Part shown: positions 1-14,050 of the stretch, one piece after another
How the letters are laid out: each line of letters begins with the position of its first letter
Position numbering within the stretch: position 1 is the first letter of the stretch
From: Octopus sinensis
Taxonomy: Eukaryota
Length of the DNA: 64,000 nucleotides
NCBI RefSeq assembly: GCF_006345805.1
Contig: NC_043004.1
Coordinates: 63,054,001-63,118,000 of the forward strand
Direction: 5' to 3'
The notes under the pieces: model-generated
Told to the model about the DNA's origin: nothing
The model's database searches: none
Seen by the model: the letters and a program-made list of their open reading frames with translations, nothing else
Translations under genes and position numbers: made by a program

Positions 1-240
1 TACAGCGTTTATTTATATTCTGCAGTCAATTTCTCTGTCACATCTGAGTTTTCTAATTCCTGATTAATTCATTTAATACATTATTTTTTCCACCCAGTTA
101 AGAGCGAAGAATTATATAAATATCTCCCGCTGTCTTTTTTTTGTCTATTGCCTCTGTCTCTCACACCATCTCTCCCCCTATCTCTACATATATGTATATA
201 TATGTGTGTGTGTGTGTATATGTCCTTGTAAATGTATGTG

Positions 241-279
<39 letters not shown>

Positions 280-711
280 GGTGAGACAGAGAAACAGAGA
301 GAGGCATAGCATTATATTATGTCAATTTATTAACTAAAATGAAAGTTACAAGAATGTACATACATGTATAACATACATGTTTTACATATAAAATACATAA
401 AGATGCCAATACTTACTAAAATATATAACATACAGGAATAGAAATTGGAAAAATATCTTACAGCTGTTTCAGCCAAGAGGAAAAATACCTCATTCTACCT
501 TTATCCCGCCAGTAGACTGAAGTAATTAGTAGATGAATGTGAGGTACTTGGGTGTTTCTCTAGGCTTTGTCAGAGATTTTAGAAAGTGCATAAGTTTAAG
601 TTATAAATATAAATCCACAAACATTTACATATTTATACATATACATATGCATACATATGCATACATATACATAAATACATATATCTACACTTAAATGTAC
701 ATACATATTTG

Positions 712-772
<61 letters not shown>

Positions 773-924
773 ATTTTTTTTTCTTCTTTCAAATTTGCTT
801 CCATTTCTTGCCGAGTGTCTTCTCGACCCCTAGGGCAAAGAAACTCATAGTATACATTGGTAGGCCATTAAACCAAACTCAATAGTTCGTTCATTTTTTT
901 TTTTTTTAAGTTAAATTAAAATAC

Positions 925-1141
<217 letters not shown>

Positions 1142-1341
1142 GATGTATTATACTATTCATATTAGATAAAATATAAATAGAGGTATGAGAAAAGTTATAT
1201 GAGGAGTAATATTGTAATTTATAAAATCAATATATCTTAAAGTTAGTTCAGTTATGCAAAAACGAAACTGCATATACATGAGAAGCATACATATATATAC
1301 ACACATACAGACAGACAGACACACAGACACACACACACACG

Positions 1342-1382
<41 letters not shown>

Positions 1383-1395
1383 CACCATCATCATA

Positions 1396-1687
1396 TGACC
1401 GACCAGACCATCAGATGTTGCTACACATCGCTGGTCACAATGCGTTCGCATTGTTTTAGCCTTCGAATGACGCCACCCCGCTGGCTAAGCGAGCAGGCCA
1501 ACAGAAGAAAGATTGAAAGAAAGAGTGGTGAAAGAGTACAGCAGGGATCACCACCCCCGGCCGGAGCGTCGTGGAGCTTTAAGGTGTTTTCGCTCAATAA
1601 GCACACACAACGCCCGGTCTGGGAATCGAAACCGCGGTCCTACGACTGCGAGTTCGCTGCCCTAGCCACTAGGCCATTGCGCCTCCA
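1396..1687 (-). mobile_element. tRNA-derived SINE (family 1 head, tail type A)
   Basis: A-box TGGCCTAGTGG and B-box GGTTTCGATTCC on the minus strand. Same family at 38123-38410. Confidence 0.85.
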
Positions 1688-1778
1688 CTATATATATATA
1701 TATATGTAGGTCCCGGGTTGATTCGGTGTTAACCACAGTAAATAAGTTACTCAATACATAGCAGAGTAATATTAATTT

Positions 1779-1894
1779 ATTATATAGAAGGAGCTTCTAC
1801 AGGACTAGAACTGTTTCATTCAAGAGAAATCTTCAGAAATCTTCCTGAAGATTTCTCTTGAATGAAACAGTTCTAGTCCTGTAGAAGCTCCTTC

Positions 1895-1902
<8 letters not shown>
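1779..1902. repeat. Perfect fold-back: 58-bp arms, 8-nt loop
   Basis: 1779-1836 is the exact reverse complement of 1845-1902; abuts (TA)n. Confidence 0.95.
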
Positions 1903-1941
<39 letters not shown>

Positions 1942-2312
1942 CACATATATATTTGCGCTCAGGAACACTCATAGGTACATACGCATTATATGTGTTTAGA
2001 AGGGAGGATAAGTGCAGTAGTCTGTATCATTATAATTATAACAATAATACACACACTTATATATATTTTCATATAAACGTGATATGTTTATTTCTCCGTT
2101 ATTGTTTACTTTATGCAGTAGTTGAAATCTTGCTAGAAGTGGGGGGAGGTTATTTTAGTTCAGTTACTCGATCTAATTGGTCATCAATTGTTTTGAATTG
2201 CTTTGCCTCAGTTATGGTTAGTTATTTGATAACGATGAAGTAAAACAAATTTGAAACAAAACAAAATGTAGTTGAGTTCATAGGTGAATTCATGCATACA
2301 TACATGCATACA

Positions 2313-2346
<34 letters not shown>

Positions 2347-2452
2347 CACACTCATGCACACATACACACACACACATAAATATATATATATGTATATATA
2401 TATAACAATGATAAATATCAAAGTGAGTTATATACAATAGCGGTAACACATC

Positions 2453-2601
2453 GTGACGTATATTTGCCATCTCAATATGGCTACCCCTAAGGGTGGATGC
2501 TACTGTAGTTTTTAGCCCCAGGAGGACACACTCCTCCTGGGGCTAAAAACTACAGTAGCATCCACCCTTAGGGGTAGCCATATTGAGATGGCAAATATAC
2601 G

Positions 2602-2605
<4 letters not shown>
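2453..2605. repeat. Perfect fold-back: 74-bp arms, 5-nt loop
   Basis: 2453-2526 is the reverse complement of 2532-2605, loop cacac; abuts (TA)n. Confidence 0.95.
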
Positions 2606-2674
<69 letters not shown>

Positions 2675-3364
2675 GCATATATGTATGTATGTATGTATGT
2701 TTCTATGTATGTATGAATTTAGGGTTATAGTGATATACTAAGGGGATATTATTTTAATATAATACATATGAGAGAGAAGTTGCTACAAATTTATTAAAAA
2801 AAACAATACATAATATTATATATATATGTCTAACTATGTGAATCATTGATATATTTACTAATTATTATGGGTACTATATGGTTAAAATACATCCCGGAAA
2901 CCACTTGGATCAAACACAAACAAGGGACAAGACATCGAAACATCAAAACATCATTATCGTTAAAAATATTTTGAAAATCTATTATATCTGACAAATTGTT
3001 TCCAATGCAAGATTCCATCTTCCAAATGCAAGATTCCATGTAATATTGTTCAGTCACTTGATTAATAAACTCTTTAGTTATTTAATCCTTAAATTTATCT
3101 ATCCATTCATATATTTATCCAATTACTTTTACTGTTATATTTAAGAGATATGGTGGAGTTGGGGGATTGTTTTTTTTCTATATAAATAAAACGAAGGGAG
3201 CGAAGGAAAGTAACTCTAGATTAAATACCTTCAATCACTTATTAAATAGCCAACCCAATAATTAAGTAATTAATTAATTAACTGATTAATCAATCAATCA
3301 CTCCAATCCTTGGTTATATAATGGGGATACACATCACATTCTATAATCATATACATATGCACAC

Positions 3365-3425
<61 letters not shown>

Positions 3426-3763
3426 GAGGGTGAAAAATTGATATTAATTTAATAATACCATTAATTTAACACCAAGTGGCTTAGCACATAAAACTAGGGA
3501 GAAAATACAAATTTATACATAAATTATTAGAGAGTTACCACTATGTGGATAGCTCTAGTGCTAAAAATAGCTCCGTTAGTATAGCCACAGAAAAGATGTT
3601 TCCAAGTAGAAATAACATTACATTTAACGGAAGGTAAGTGAAACATAAGGAAGAAAAGGATTGACCCTGAACAATCGTTTCATTACTAATGTAATATGTA
3701 GTTTTACTTACATAGACATCTATAAATCATCAGCCAATTTTCTGTGGCTATACTATTTTTAAC

Positions 3764-3822
<59 letters not shown>

Positions 3823-3876
3823 ATATATATACATGCATACACACATATATACATATACACACATATATATATATGT

Positions 3877-3917
<41 letters not shown>

Positions 3918-5281
3918 CATATATATGTATATATATATACAACCACATATACATACATATGAATACATGCATACATACATCCATCCACATACACACATAC
4001 ATACATCCATCCACATACACACATACCTACATACCCACCTACACATATATATCCTTATACACATGATTATCAACATAAAACAAAAGACAAAAACATATGT
4101 TTATCTTAACCTTTATACATATATGTACATACATAGATGTATACATATATAACACATAATTGCTTGCGCAAATATATACATATATAGGTAGATATAAATA
4201 CCAACTAACTTAGATCATCATATATGTGCATGCATATATAAATACATATATACATAAATATACATACATGTATTTACAAATATGCAAATATACACACATA
4301 TTTGTATGTGTATATATATATATATATACACATAATTATACCTAACCTGATATACACCCTTAAGAGGAAAATAAGGGTGGAAAGAAAATACCTGTCACCT
4401 GATGTATATGGAAAAAGATGGAAGGCTGTGGCGTGTTTGATGCGAATAAATGAAGCCACATAGTGTATCCATAAGGTTCTACTAAACGTTACAGTGGTGG
4501 CACGGGGCTTGTGGGGTCGAGGCAAAACACGTTCCCCACTTCAATTTTTGTGTATTTCTTATGCTTGTCATTTTTTTATCATTCGATTACATAAATTTTT
4601 AACTATACCTCTGTAAAAACCATAAGCACCATCGACCCCTCCCTCATTTGAATTGTTCCTCTATGTTTGGCCCCTTGTGGTCAATAAAAAAGTATACGGA
4701 GTAAGCAACTGAAAATAGTAGTATGTAGTAAATTAAAATCAAATTATTTTTTTAAATTGATTTATTTATTTTGTACTAAATAATACTAGCCTTGCATTAA
4801 CTACACTGACCTTAAAATAGAACTTATTCATCTCGCAAGACTATACATCATTTCGTATCAAGGAGAATTGTTGATGCTCTCTTTAAACATTTATCATTCA
4901 ACACGCATCTCGGTATATCCTTATATATATATATATATATATTCATAATTTACCGCTATCTGCCCTGTCGTTTATTTGCATTTGTATTTGTGCAACCATT
5001 TCTCCGTTTTTTTTCGTCTTTGTTTTCATATACATTCTTCCAAGAAATCTAGTGCTCTTAGCTTAGTTTTAACATTGGACTGGCCAGATTGGAGCAATCT
5101 TGAGTACAACCAGCCGAAATTGCAAAGATAACCTAGAACTCGACTGAAAACAGAAAATTCCGTCTGTCTGGATCTATCTATATCTCTCTCTCTCTCTATA
5201 TATATATATGCACCAAAACGTATCTATGAATCCAGAATCCTATTAAAAAACTCAACCAAAATAACTGTCTTTATTTTTCAG

Positions 5282-5373
5282 CTAAATTTCACTGACGATT
5301 TTGTCACAAACATCTTTAGCTTGAACAAATTTCACTCAGACTTGCTGACCTTGAGGATGCTTAACGATGAAAA
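5282..5373 (+). CDS. M13 (neprilysin-like) homologue, gene 1, first visible exon (LNFTDDFVTNIFSLNKFHSDLLTLRMLNDE-K)
   Basis: Acceptor ctttatttttcag, donor gtaggt, 92 nt, phase 0 to 2. Aligns with neprilysin LNYKEDEYFENIIQNLKF and colinearly with the minus-strand paralogue exon at 54314-54386. Confidence 0.8.
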
Positions 5374-5554
5374 GTAGGTTCTAATTTTGTTTGTATAACT
5401 AATTTCTTGTTGCCGTATGTTTTTGATTTAGATCATTCTTACAGTCACACACATAAACATATACATATATAGTGTTCGTATTAATAATTAATATATATTT
5501 AAAGTTACCTCGGAGAAACTGTTATGCCATTGCCTAATTTGTCTCAACAAAACT

Positions 5555-6640
5555 TATGCAATGGTACAAAACTTATTGTGCACAAACTTATGGGGCAAAT
5601 ATTCTTACTGGTTGTGGTAAAAGTGACACCGTCTTCGTTCCTCGCATACTCGATATACTATCTAATATCCCTTCACCATTTAAGAGGTTACCGTTTCCTA
5701 TCCCAATTTATTTTGTCATGAGCATTAATAACACCTAGGGCCAAACACTAAAAGTTGCTGGATTACAACTTGATAAACTATGTTTTTCCCATGCCCAGTT
5801 TTAAGTAGGAGCATCTCTTGTGGGAGCTGCGTCATTTGTCACGAAAAATATGCAATGGTACAGCACTAATTTTGCACAAACTTATGAGCTGCATTGAGGC
5901 AAATATTGTTACTAGTTGGGGTAAATGTTACATCGTATTCATTCCTTGCATACCAGTTATACCATCTAATATCCTATTGCAGTTTAAGCGGTTTTAGTTT
6001 CCTATCCCACTCTCTTTTGCCATGAGCACTAATAAAACTCAGGCTCAAACACTAAAAGTTGCTGGGTTGCAATATCAAACCCCATGCTTTTCACAAGGCC
6101 AACTTTATGTAGGAGCATAATGTTTGGGAGTAAAAGCAAATATTTTTTGCTTACGCACCCCGACATTAAGCAAAAGCCATAGTTTGTAAAGAAATATCCA
6201 CTATTAATGCAACATAAAAATTCAAGAACTTAACGTGTATGACATCATTCTTTCTTCTACCTCAATTATTACGTTTTCCCTTATAAAATACGCACATACA
6301 GGAGGAATATATCTCAATCTACTGGAGTAGACTCCCCTTGTTCACATTCGAACAATAGGCGATACGGCGTATTCAAATTTCAAGAAAAACGCGTGATTAA
6401 TGTGTGTTCTACTTGACCTGTGAGCTTTACGTTGCCATCGCACAGGCACCTGCATTCAGTAAAACTAATCGTCTATATGATATAGCTATTTTTACTTACG
6501 TTTATTCAAGTTGAAACTGGATCTTTCATTTCTCCTTTTTCGTGTGGGAACCAAAAGCAAATGTTTTGCTTATGCACTCCGATATAAAACAAAAGAAAAG
6601 TATTGTTTATAACGAAATATTTACTCTTAATGCAACATGA
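5555..6640 (+). mobile_element. Helitron PIF1-like helicase C-terminus relic, tandemly duplicated
   Basis: Two copies (about 5555-5830 and 5850-6190) read VFIP.IP.IPSN...FKR..FP....FAMS.NK.Q.QTLKVAGL...PCFS.GQLYVG, with stops. A third copy of the ORF end lies at about 6545-6640. Confidence 0.85.
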
Positions 6641-7719
6641 ACACTTTAATAACTTACTTTGCCATTATTATTATTACATTTAAGAATGACTAAATTAACA
6701 AATTAAATTAACTGTATTATATAATTGCCACTACTGTATGGATAAATAAAATAATAGGTACAACTCATTTATTAGTGCCATATAATAAATAGAAGTTGGT
6801 GTATGAAATCCATCTTTTTTGTAGTTCAATTATTACATGTTTTACACACACATATATATATGGATATATATATATACACACATATTATGATTGTGATTAG
6901 GGTGTTAAAAACACCTACATTGTTTGAGGTAGCATCCTTTATATTCTGTAGTTTAAGAGGAGAGGCTGATTTAAAATTACAGTGAACATAAAAATAGACT
7001 TGGATAGTTATATTTAGTTTATCCATTAAGATAAGTCACAATCAAAGATCTATGAATTCGCCGGTCTTAACAAAACTTTCCCGTTAATTTATTAGAACAG
7101 TGTAGATATTGAAAATAACAAAAGTAGAATGTACTTGATGATTATGTAGGATAGAATATGTTCTTGTAAATATTATTCCAGCAGTTATTCATGTACTTCT
7201 TAATAAAAACATATCGCATCGCTGGAATATTGCATTAGCTAGCTCATCACTTTATGAATAACTCTCATTACGTTACGATTTATGAAAGATTGAAATGGAT
7301 GTATAGTGTTTTAAGAATAAAAGGAAATGATATAACTTGAAGATAGAACCACCTCAATTTTCAAACCCGAATCTCACAGCATATTTGAGGAATAAAAATT
7401 ATTTCCTTTATGTCAGTCCAATGGCCCCGTGAGTTTTAAAGAGCAAAAGTACATGAGCGTATTGCTAGCGTTTTCTCAGCAAAGAACTAAGTACTGAGAA
7501 TATATACATGTGCGTGTGCGTGTGTGTGTATGTGCGTCCGGCGTACATGTTTGTATGTGTGAGTGTGTGCGCGTTCAGTGCATGTGTAAAAACACACGAA
7601 TCCACTCACGAGACATTTATTAAACGAAGTATCAAACCAATCATATATTTGACGTTTTCCCCATTGTCTATTGTCTATTTTCTCTTCATGGATGTTTCTA
7701 TTTTATATTATATTTTAAG

Positions 7720-7778
7720 GAAAATTGTATCCCAAACAGATGACCTGCCTGCTTATATTAAAAGAATTCGTTCAATAC
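7720..7778 (+). CDS. M13 gene 1 exon (KIVSQTDDLPAYIKRIRSI-H), equivalent of the VNAFY exon
   Basis: Acceptor tattttaag, donor gtaagt, 59 nt, phase 2 to 1, the size and phases recalled for the equivalent MME/PHEX exon. Only the Tyr and terminal Ile of W..A.VVNAFY...NQI are kept. Confidence 0.75.
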
Positions 7779-7989
7779 GTAAGTGGATAATTATTGATTC
7801 TGAAGTAATAAAGGTTAATGACCTTTATTATTTAAGTATTATATGGATAATACATTGCAAAATAGTTAACCTCATTATTTCTTACATGGTTTCATGATAA
7901 CTACCATATAAATAAAATACTTTAGGGAAATATATCAAATCAGCCATAATACATATGCAAATATTTAACGAACAGTAATTGATATAATA

Positions 7990-10900
7990 TATATATTTAA
8001 CTGTAGATTTGGACCCAGCGGCACCAAAACAAGGGACGCTGCCATTTCTTCCATCCCACCCTATGCCGTAGACATACTATGGGCACTTCTCCATATGATA
8101 TAAATGGCAAAATCTGCCCTCACCTTCACCCCAAATACTGTCCTAAGTACAGAATTCATTGTTCTGATCCTAAATATGAATGCACAAAAGGTTGGTTACG
8201 GATGCACATTCTTCCACCTTAAATTATGTCAAATTCTGTCATGAAGGATTTGCCTGAACCTAGAATACAATTACCACTATCTGAAGGGCACAAAACAAAC
8301 GAAAAGAAAAATAAGCAACAAACGAGGATTGCAACAAGAAATTACAGCGATATTCCACCTCCTAAAACCAAACAAAGAAGACAGAACTATGGGATAACCA
8401 TAACAGCAAATAACATAAACATGAACAATGTATATTCTGACCAAGTGGCAAACCAAAGTGGTAACACATTTTTACGAACTTAACTAGAAAATATGAAAAT
8501 CTAGAAAAGCCGAGAGATCTAACGAGCTATCAGCAATCATATATGCAAAACACAAGGAACACACAACCATTCTCTACTACAACATCGCTCCACACACAAA
8601 GCTCCATACAAAAACTACCTCCATTGCTACCATTGAAAAACATAACCCAAGACCAAGCACTTAGAACAATACAAACAAGAAACTACCCTTGCTCGGACAT
8701 TCCTGCTAAATGTACATAGTATGAACCCATCACCCATTGCCACCAAATGGAAGATCCCATATATAGAAAGCTGGCTTGCCGAAACAGCACACTGCATACC
8801 TTTTTTATCCTTACAGAAGCTAATTTAAACAATAATCACATTGATGCCGAGATGAAAGTAAATAATTTCACCATCATCCGTGCAGATCGTACAGACGGAA
8901 ATAAAGGAGGAGCAACCATTTTCTCTATGGCTCCGTTCCAATTATGGCCAAGAACATATTTTGCAATGACTACTGTAAATCCATATGATTATTCCAGAAG
9001 GCCAATGACATAACTAATGTTGGTCTCTACAGGCCTCTCTAAGCACCTCTAACGTGCTTTGAAGAATTCCTCAACAAATCAAGTCTTTCCTTCCATACAA
9101 CACCGGAAACATACTGGCAACGGGCGATTTTAGCCTTCCTTATGTAAACAGGCCCAGAAATACTTTGAAGTTAGACAACAACCCTACACAATAAAAAAGC
9201 AGCAGCAGAATTATAGTGCTCGAACAAACAAGACAATAAACCGATGATTCGTTTCTTGTATGAAAACTTCTAATACCAAGTTATATACAATAGGAAACTA
9301 ACAAATCCCTTCGAAATCAAAACCGGAGACAAACAAGAATGCTTGCTACCGCCAGTCTTATTTTCCTTGGCAGTGAATTGATTGATGCCAATACTGATAG
9401 AAGAATATAAATGAGGTGTAGAATGAAACACAACTCTACTACAAAATTTAGATTATGCAGACGACATTTCTTTCTTCTCAAGATAAATCTGAAAGTGTTA
9501 GTCAAATAACGAAAATAAGAGGTCTCAAAATCAACGAGAAGAAAACTTAAGCTCTTTATAAAAATATAACAAATGCAGATCATGTTATTTGGAAAACAAA
9601 ACAACGACACATGTTGACGAATTTAACTAGACACCAGAATAAGAATGAATGAAGACTGCATTCATGAAATAAATACAAGAATCAGTAAAACCAACCAATC
9701 ATTCGATATGTGAAACTCAATATGGAAGTCAACCACAGATCAAGACTAACGGGAAACCAATAACAGAAAGTATTGAAGCAAGGAGATGGAAATGGCTGGG
9801 GCGAGTTTATTGCTATGAACCGAACTCAGTTGTCAGGATTTGCAATGGATTTTACAAGGTAAAAGAAGACGTGGCCGTCCAAAGGAAACGTAGTGGAGAC
9901 CAATAGTAACAGGTCTTAAAAGCAGAGGGTTAACAATAGAACAAGCTGTCAGGGACGCTTTCATTGTTAGAAGGTGCAATGATCTTGCTAGCACCTTAAG
10001 CGCCACAAGACACGATGAATGAATATATAAATCAATCTTTTATTAGCAAACCACTCTAGCACCATTCACAGCATTTCAGTAGGAAAGAATCTCCTCTCAG
10101 ATCACAGCACATTACTCTGCAACTTTAATATCTGGCATATTAAAACCAAACCAGTCAATCCCAACCCACTGCACTTATTTGACAACTTAAACGTCTACAG
10201 AACAAACTGGAGAGCGTTTAGAAAAGATATGTCTTTCCACTGACATTGAAACCACATGACAGTGCTTTGAGGAAATTGTTACACATACATTCTCAAAACA
10301 CGCTTCTGCTCAAACAGAAACAGGCTCCGTAGAGAGAAAAACAACACTAATTTGGAGCACGAAAATACTAATAAAATAATTGAACCAATTAAAAAATTCC
10401 CATAAACAATATCTATATTCAACAACAAGGAAACATCTTGCGCTGCAAAAACTTCTGCACACCAACATGAAAACCTGCATTGAAAATCAATAGCTACAGA
10501 GTAACAGTGGGTAATCAAAAATATTAGCATATAATCTCCAATATTACCTTTACTGCTTCAGACATCATAGCAATGATTAAGATCAAATACTATTCTGTTG
10601 GTCGCGATACATTCCCCACTAGTCTCCTGAAGGAATGTAGACACTAAATTGCAGTCCCTCTAACCAAACTCTGGGGAAAAGTTTTAGTCATGTCAAGTAT
10701 GTCAGCTCTTATCCCAGTCTGCCATCCCGGTTTTTCAAACAGGGAAACAAATCTCTCGCTGTCAGTTGTCTCCCAGGCTCACTCACCTCCCATATCACCA
10801 AAGGGTTTCAAATGGAAGTTGGATCAAGAAGAGCTGGTTTCCTGAAAAGTCACAATCTCATAAATTCAAACCAACTGCGGTATGGACTGTCTGACACAGC

Positions 10901-12060
10901 TCTTACACAACATCGATTATGTCCTTAAAGCCTTGGAATCACGTTCAAACTCTAATGTAACATATCTTGACTTCAGTAAAGCGTTCGACAGAGTCGACCA
11001 CAATTTACTACAGTCAAAATTGTCAAATGTTAGTATCTGTGGAAAACTACTCCACTGGATTGATTATTTCCTAGAAAACAAGACCCAGCATGCTGTGATT
11101 GGTGGAATCCGCTCAAAGCCAGCAAAGTCACAGCGGTGTCCCCCAGGGGATCCGTATTGGACCCGCTTCTGGTGTCATAAAACACAACAAATTGAAAACT
11201 ATTCGCTGATGATTCCATACTTCAGAAAATTATGAACGGAGAAGAAGTCCGAACTGAACTGCAGTCTGAGCAACATGATGTAAGTCAGCGAGTAGGCAAA
11301 AACAGAATGCAACTAAATGCGAAAAAATTTGAACTAACTAGAAAAACCTGAAACCACAATATTCGCTTCCATCAAGGGAACCACACATACCATCTAATAA
11401 TATTAGAGACTCATGAATAATTGTTGACAGATGAGCTCCTAGACCTTAAGAACCTCCCGGTTATCATCTCTCATTTCTCCTCCTTTGTACCGCCACACCT
11501 CGAATACTGCTGACAAAGTTGTCTCCCCATAGAAAACAAAACATTTCGAAATCTGTATCACCCCAGAGGGCATTCACTAACAGAATTAAGGGCATGACTG
11601 ATCGCTATTATTGGGACATCATTAGAGCACTCAAACACAATTCTCTCCAGCGCCACCGGGACCGAAACATCATTTGCACCATGTGGAGAATATAACATCG
11701 ACCGCAACATTAGTTTCAGAATTGATCCAACGCCAGAGCCACCGACCGCGCGACCCCTAGCCAAACACATAAATACAGTGCAGCACGATTTCTTTTCCTA
11801 AACAGGCCCTGCCCTATTTAATATTATCCCAAAAATTATTCCATCACATTTAAACGAAATCTGGACAAATGTTTTCAAGGATTACCAGATAAGCGACCGA
11901 TACCTGAATACAGCTCTCTCAACAAGATCTCCCTGCTCGAATGGACCATGATACCACAAAACCAGATTTAAAAAGGATGGAGCTAATCCTATCATGTGAT
12001 GCTATTAAGTTAGACATTGCCTAAACCAATAATTGGTCGAAAGATATCCAAGTTAGATTA
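7990..12060 (+). mobile_element. Degraded APE-RT LINE (CR1/Jockey group), interrupted by an RTE fragment
   Basis: APE-like ILTEANL...FTIIRADR..G.KGG at about 8750-8920 and RT YLDFSKAFDRVDHNLL at about 10950-11010. Many stops and frameshifts. Confidence 0.75.
9430..10020 (+). mobile_element. RTE LINE 3' fragment nested in the older LINE
   Basis: LDYADDI motif, GLKIN.KKT, and a GKRRRGRPKET-like C-terminus, parallel to the RTE at 36445-38045. Confidence 0.65.
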
Positions 12061-12143
12061 TTTACGATAAAGGTAGTAATATTACTAATAACTCATACAC
12101 ACACATACATACACACCTGTACATGTATATAGATATATGTATG

Positions 12144-12207
<64 letters not shown>

Positions 12208-12259
12208 CATACACATACATACATACACACATACACACACATGCACACACACACACATA

Positions 12260-12423
12260 AAGGTGCGGGAATGACTCCGTGGAAAGAAGCTTGCTTCCAA
12301 ACCACGTGGTTCCAGGTTCTATCCTATTGCGTGGCAACTTAGGCAGGTTTCTTCTCCTATAGCCTCGGGCTAACCAAAGTGTTGTAAATATATTTGGTAG
12401 ACGGAAACTGTCAGAAACTCGTC

Positions 12424-12464
<41 letters not shown>

Positions 12465-12690
12465 GTGGGGTATGAATGTATATATTCGAGTGTCTATACT
12501 AGTACCCCACCATTGCTTGACAATCGATATTGGTGTGTTTAGGTCCCCTCATAACCTAGCGGTTCGGAAAAGATGACCGACGGAATAAGTACTAGATTTT
12601 TCAAGAGTATGTCTCGGCATTGATTTGTTCAACTAAAAGTGATATTCCAGCATGTCGGCAGGCAAATGACTGAAACAAGTAAAATAATGA
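12260..12690 (+). mobile_element. SINE family 2 with internal (TA)n
   Basis: Homologous along its length to 50301-50697 (gtagacggaaactg...gactgaaacaagtaaaa). Confidence 0.8.
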
Positions 12691-13381
12691 AATACTACAA
12701 AGATATATATATATATATTTAAAAAGTGAACAGGCAAAATATTTAGCGGAAAAGTTAAATACAGTGCTTTAATTAGGTGTTTCCAGACTTTCCTCTCTTC
12801 GGTATTTCTTCTTGATAACTTGATAAAATTCTGTGTGTGAATCCGACAGTGGGAAACACTGGAAGGATACGATGTTTTTTTATAGACATTTTTACCAGAA
12901 TAAAGATGTTTTTCTACCTGGTAAATTTAGAGAATTTGACACAAATATCTTTTAAGTAACCTAAATTTCGCTAATGCCTAAACACTGCTTGGCGCTGATA
13001 TTACTGTAACAAATGATACATATGTCTTTGCATTTAAAACAATTGTCATGAATTTTAAATATTTTCTTGGTGTAAAAGATTATTTGTCGGAAGTTGATGC
13101 TAGTAGCTCACTGGTTATGGAATTTTTTAGAAAATCTTATGAAGACAGTTACAAAGAATATTGATTTTGAGTTACAATTTAATCAGTCGACAGCGAATCT
13201 CACTCATATTGATATCACTCCCTTGCTTTATCCTTATCCATATTCTCCTCCTTTCCCCTCTTCTTAATTTTCTGCTTCCTTCTCTTCTTGTCTTCGTCCT
13301 TCTCTTCCTCGCCTTTTTCACCTTTCTCTCCTTTCTTCGTCATTTATTGATGATATATTCCTTGTATTTACTTTCTTACAG

Positions 13382-13433
13382 ATGTTCCTCTCGCATCCCT
13401 ACAGCTCCCACTGTTTACAAAAGATGAACATAT
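13382..13433 (+). CDS. M13 gene 1 exon (VPLASLQLPLFTKDEH-M), equivalent of FPAGILQPPFF
   Basis: Long polypyrimidine tract ending ctttcttacag, donor gtaagt, 52 nt, phase 1 to 2. P...LQ.P.F pattern. Confidence 0.85.
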
Positions 13434-13699
13434 GTAAGTACATCAAGAGTGCACTAATTATCATTAATCAAAGACTCCCGAAATTTCACGGTGCTTCGCT
13501 TGGTATATATTTTGTTTGTCTTCGAATCGTTTAGGCGTAATCATATATAATATCAAATAGGAAGTGTAGTTTTCTTAGCTAATGTCATTGCATAGTTAGT
13601 TTTACTTGTCAGTAATGTTTGGTTTGTTCATTAATATTTGAATATATCCGCATCAGGTGTATCGAGTGTAGATGTTACTCAAAAAGTTAATTGCTCATT

Positions 13700-14050
13700 T
13701 TAATTTGTTGAGAGCACAAGTCTTGATTAAAATATTAATCGAAGAAACGTAAATTAAAAAGACTTCAATGGCAACTACAAAAGTACCACCACCGACAAAA
13801 CCTGCAATAAATTATTTGCTAGCGTTTTTATGACACGAGATTTAAAGCCCTTTAAAGACCGAACATACAGTATTTGAAAGTTTGCACCTGTTTATTTAAA
13901 CTAACTTTTGGAAGATGCACCACGAAGTTGTATTCCAAAAATAAATAGAATCACAGCCAGGTATATTTTATGCTGTTTAACATTGGCTTTTCAAATTTTT
14001 ATGCACTGTTTTCCTATTTTCTGATAGCAAAAATGAAATGCAGAAGAAAT
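13700..14050 (+). mobile_element. Possible hAT transposase relic
   Basis: FMTRDLKPF and PRSCIPKI resemble hAT N-terminal motifs; short and disrupted. Confidence 0.3.

Noticed and set aside
12886-12920. Alternative phase 2-to-1 exon candidate (HFYQNKDVFLP)
   Set aside because: The 59-nt exon at 7720 fits size, phase and motif spacing better.
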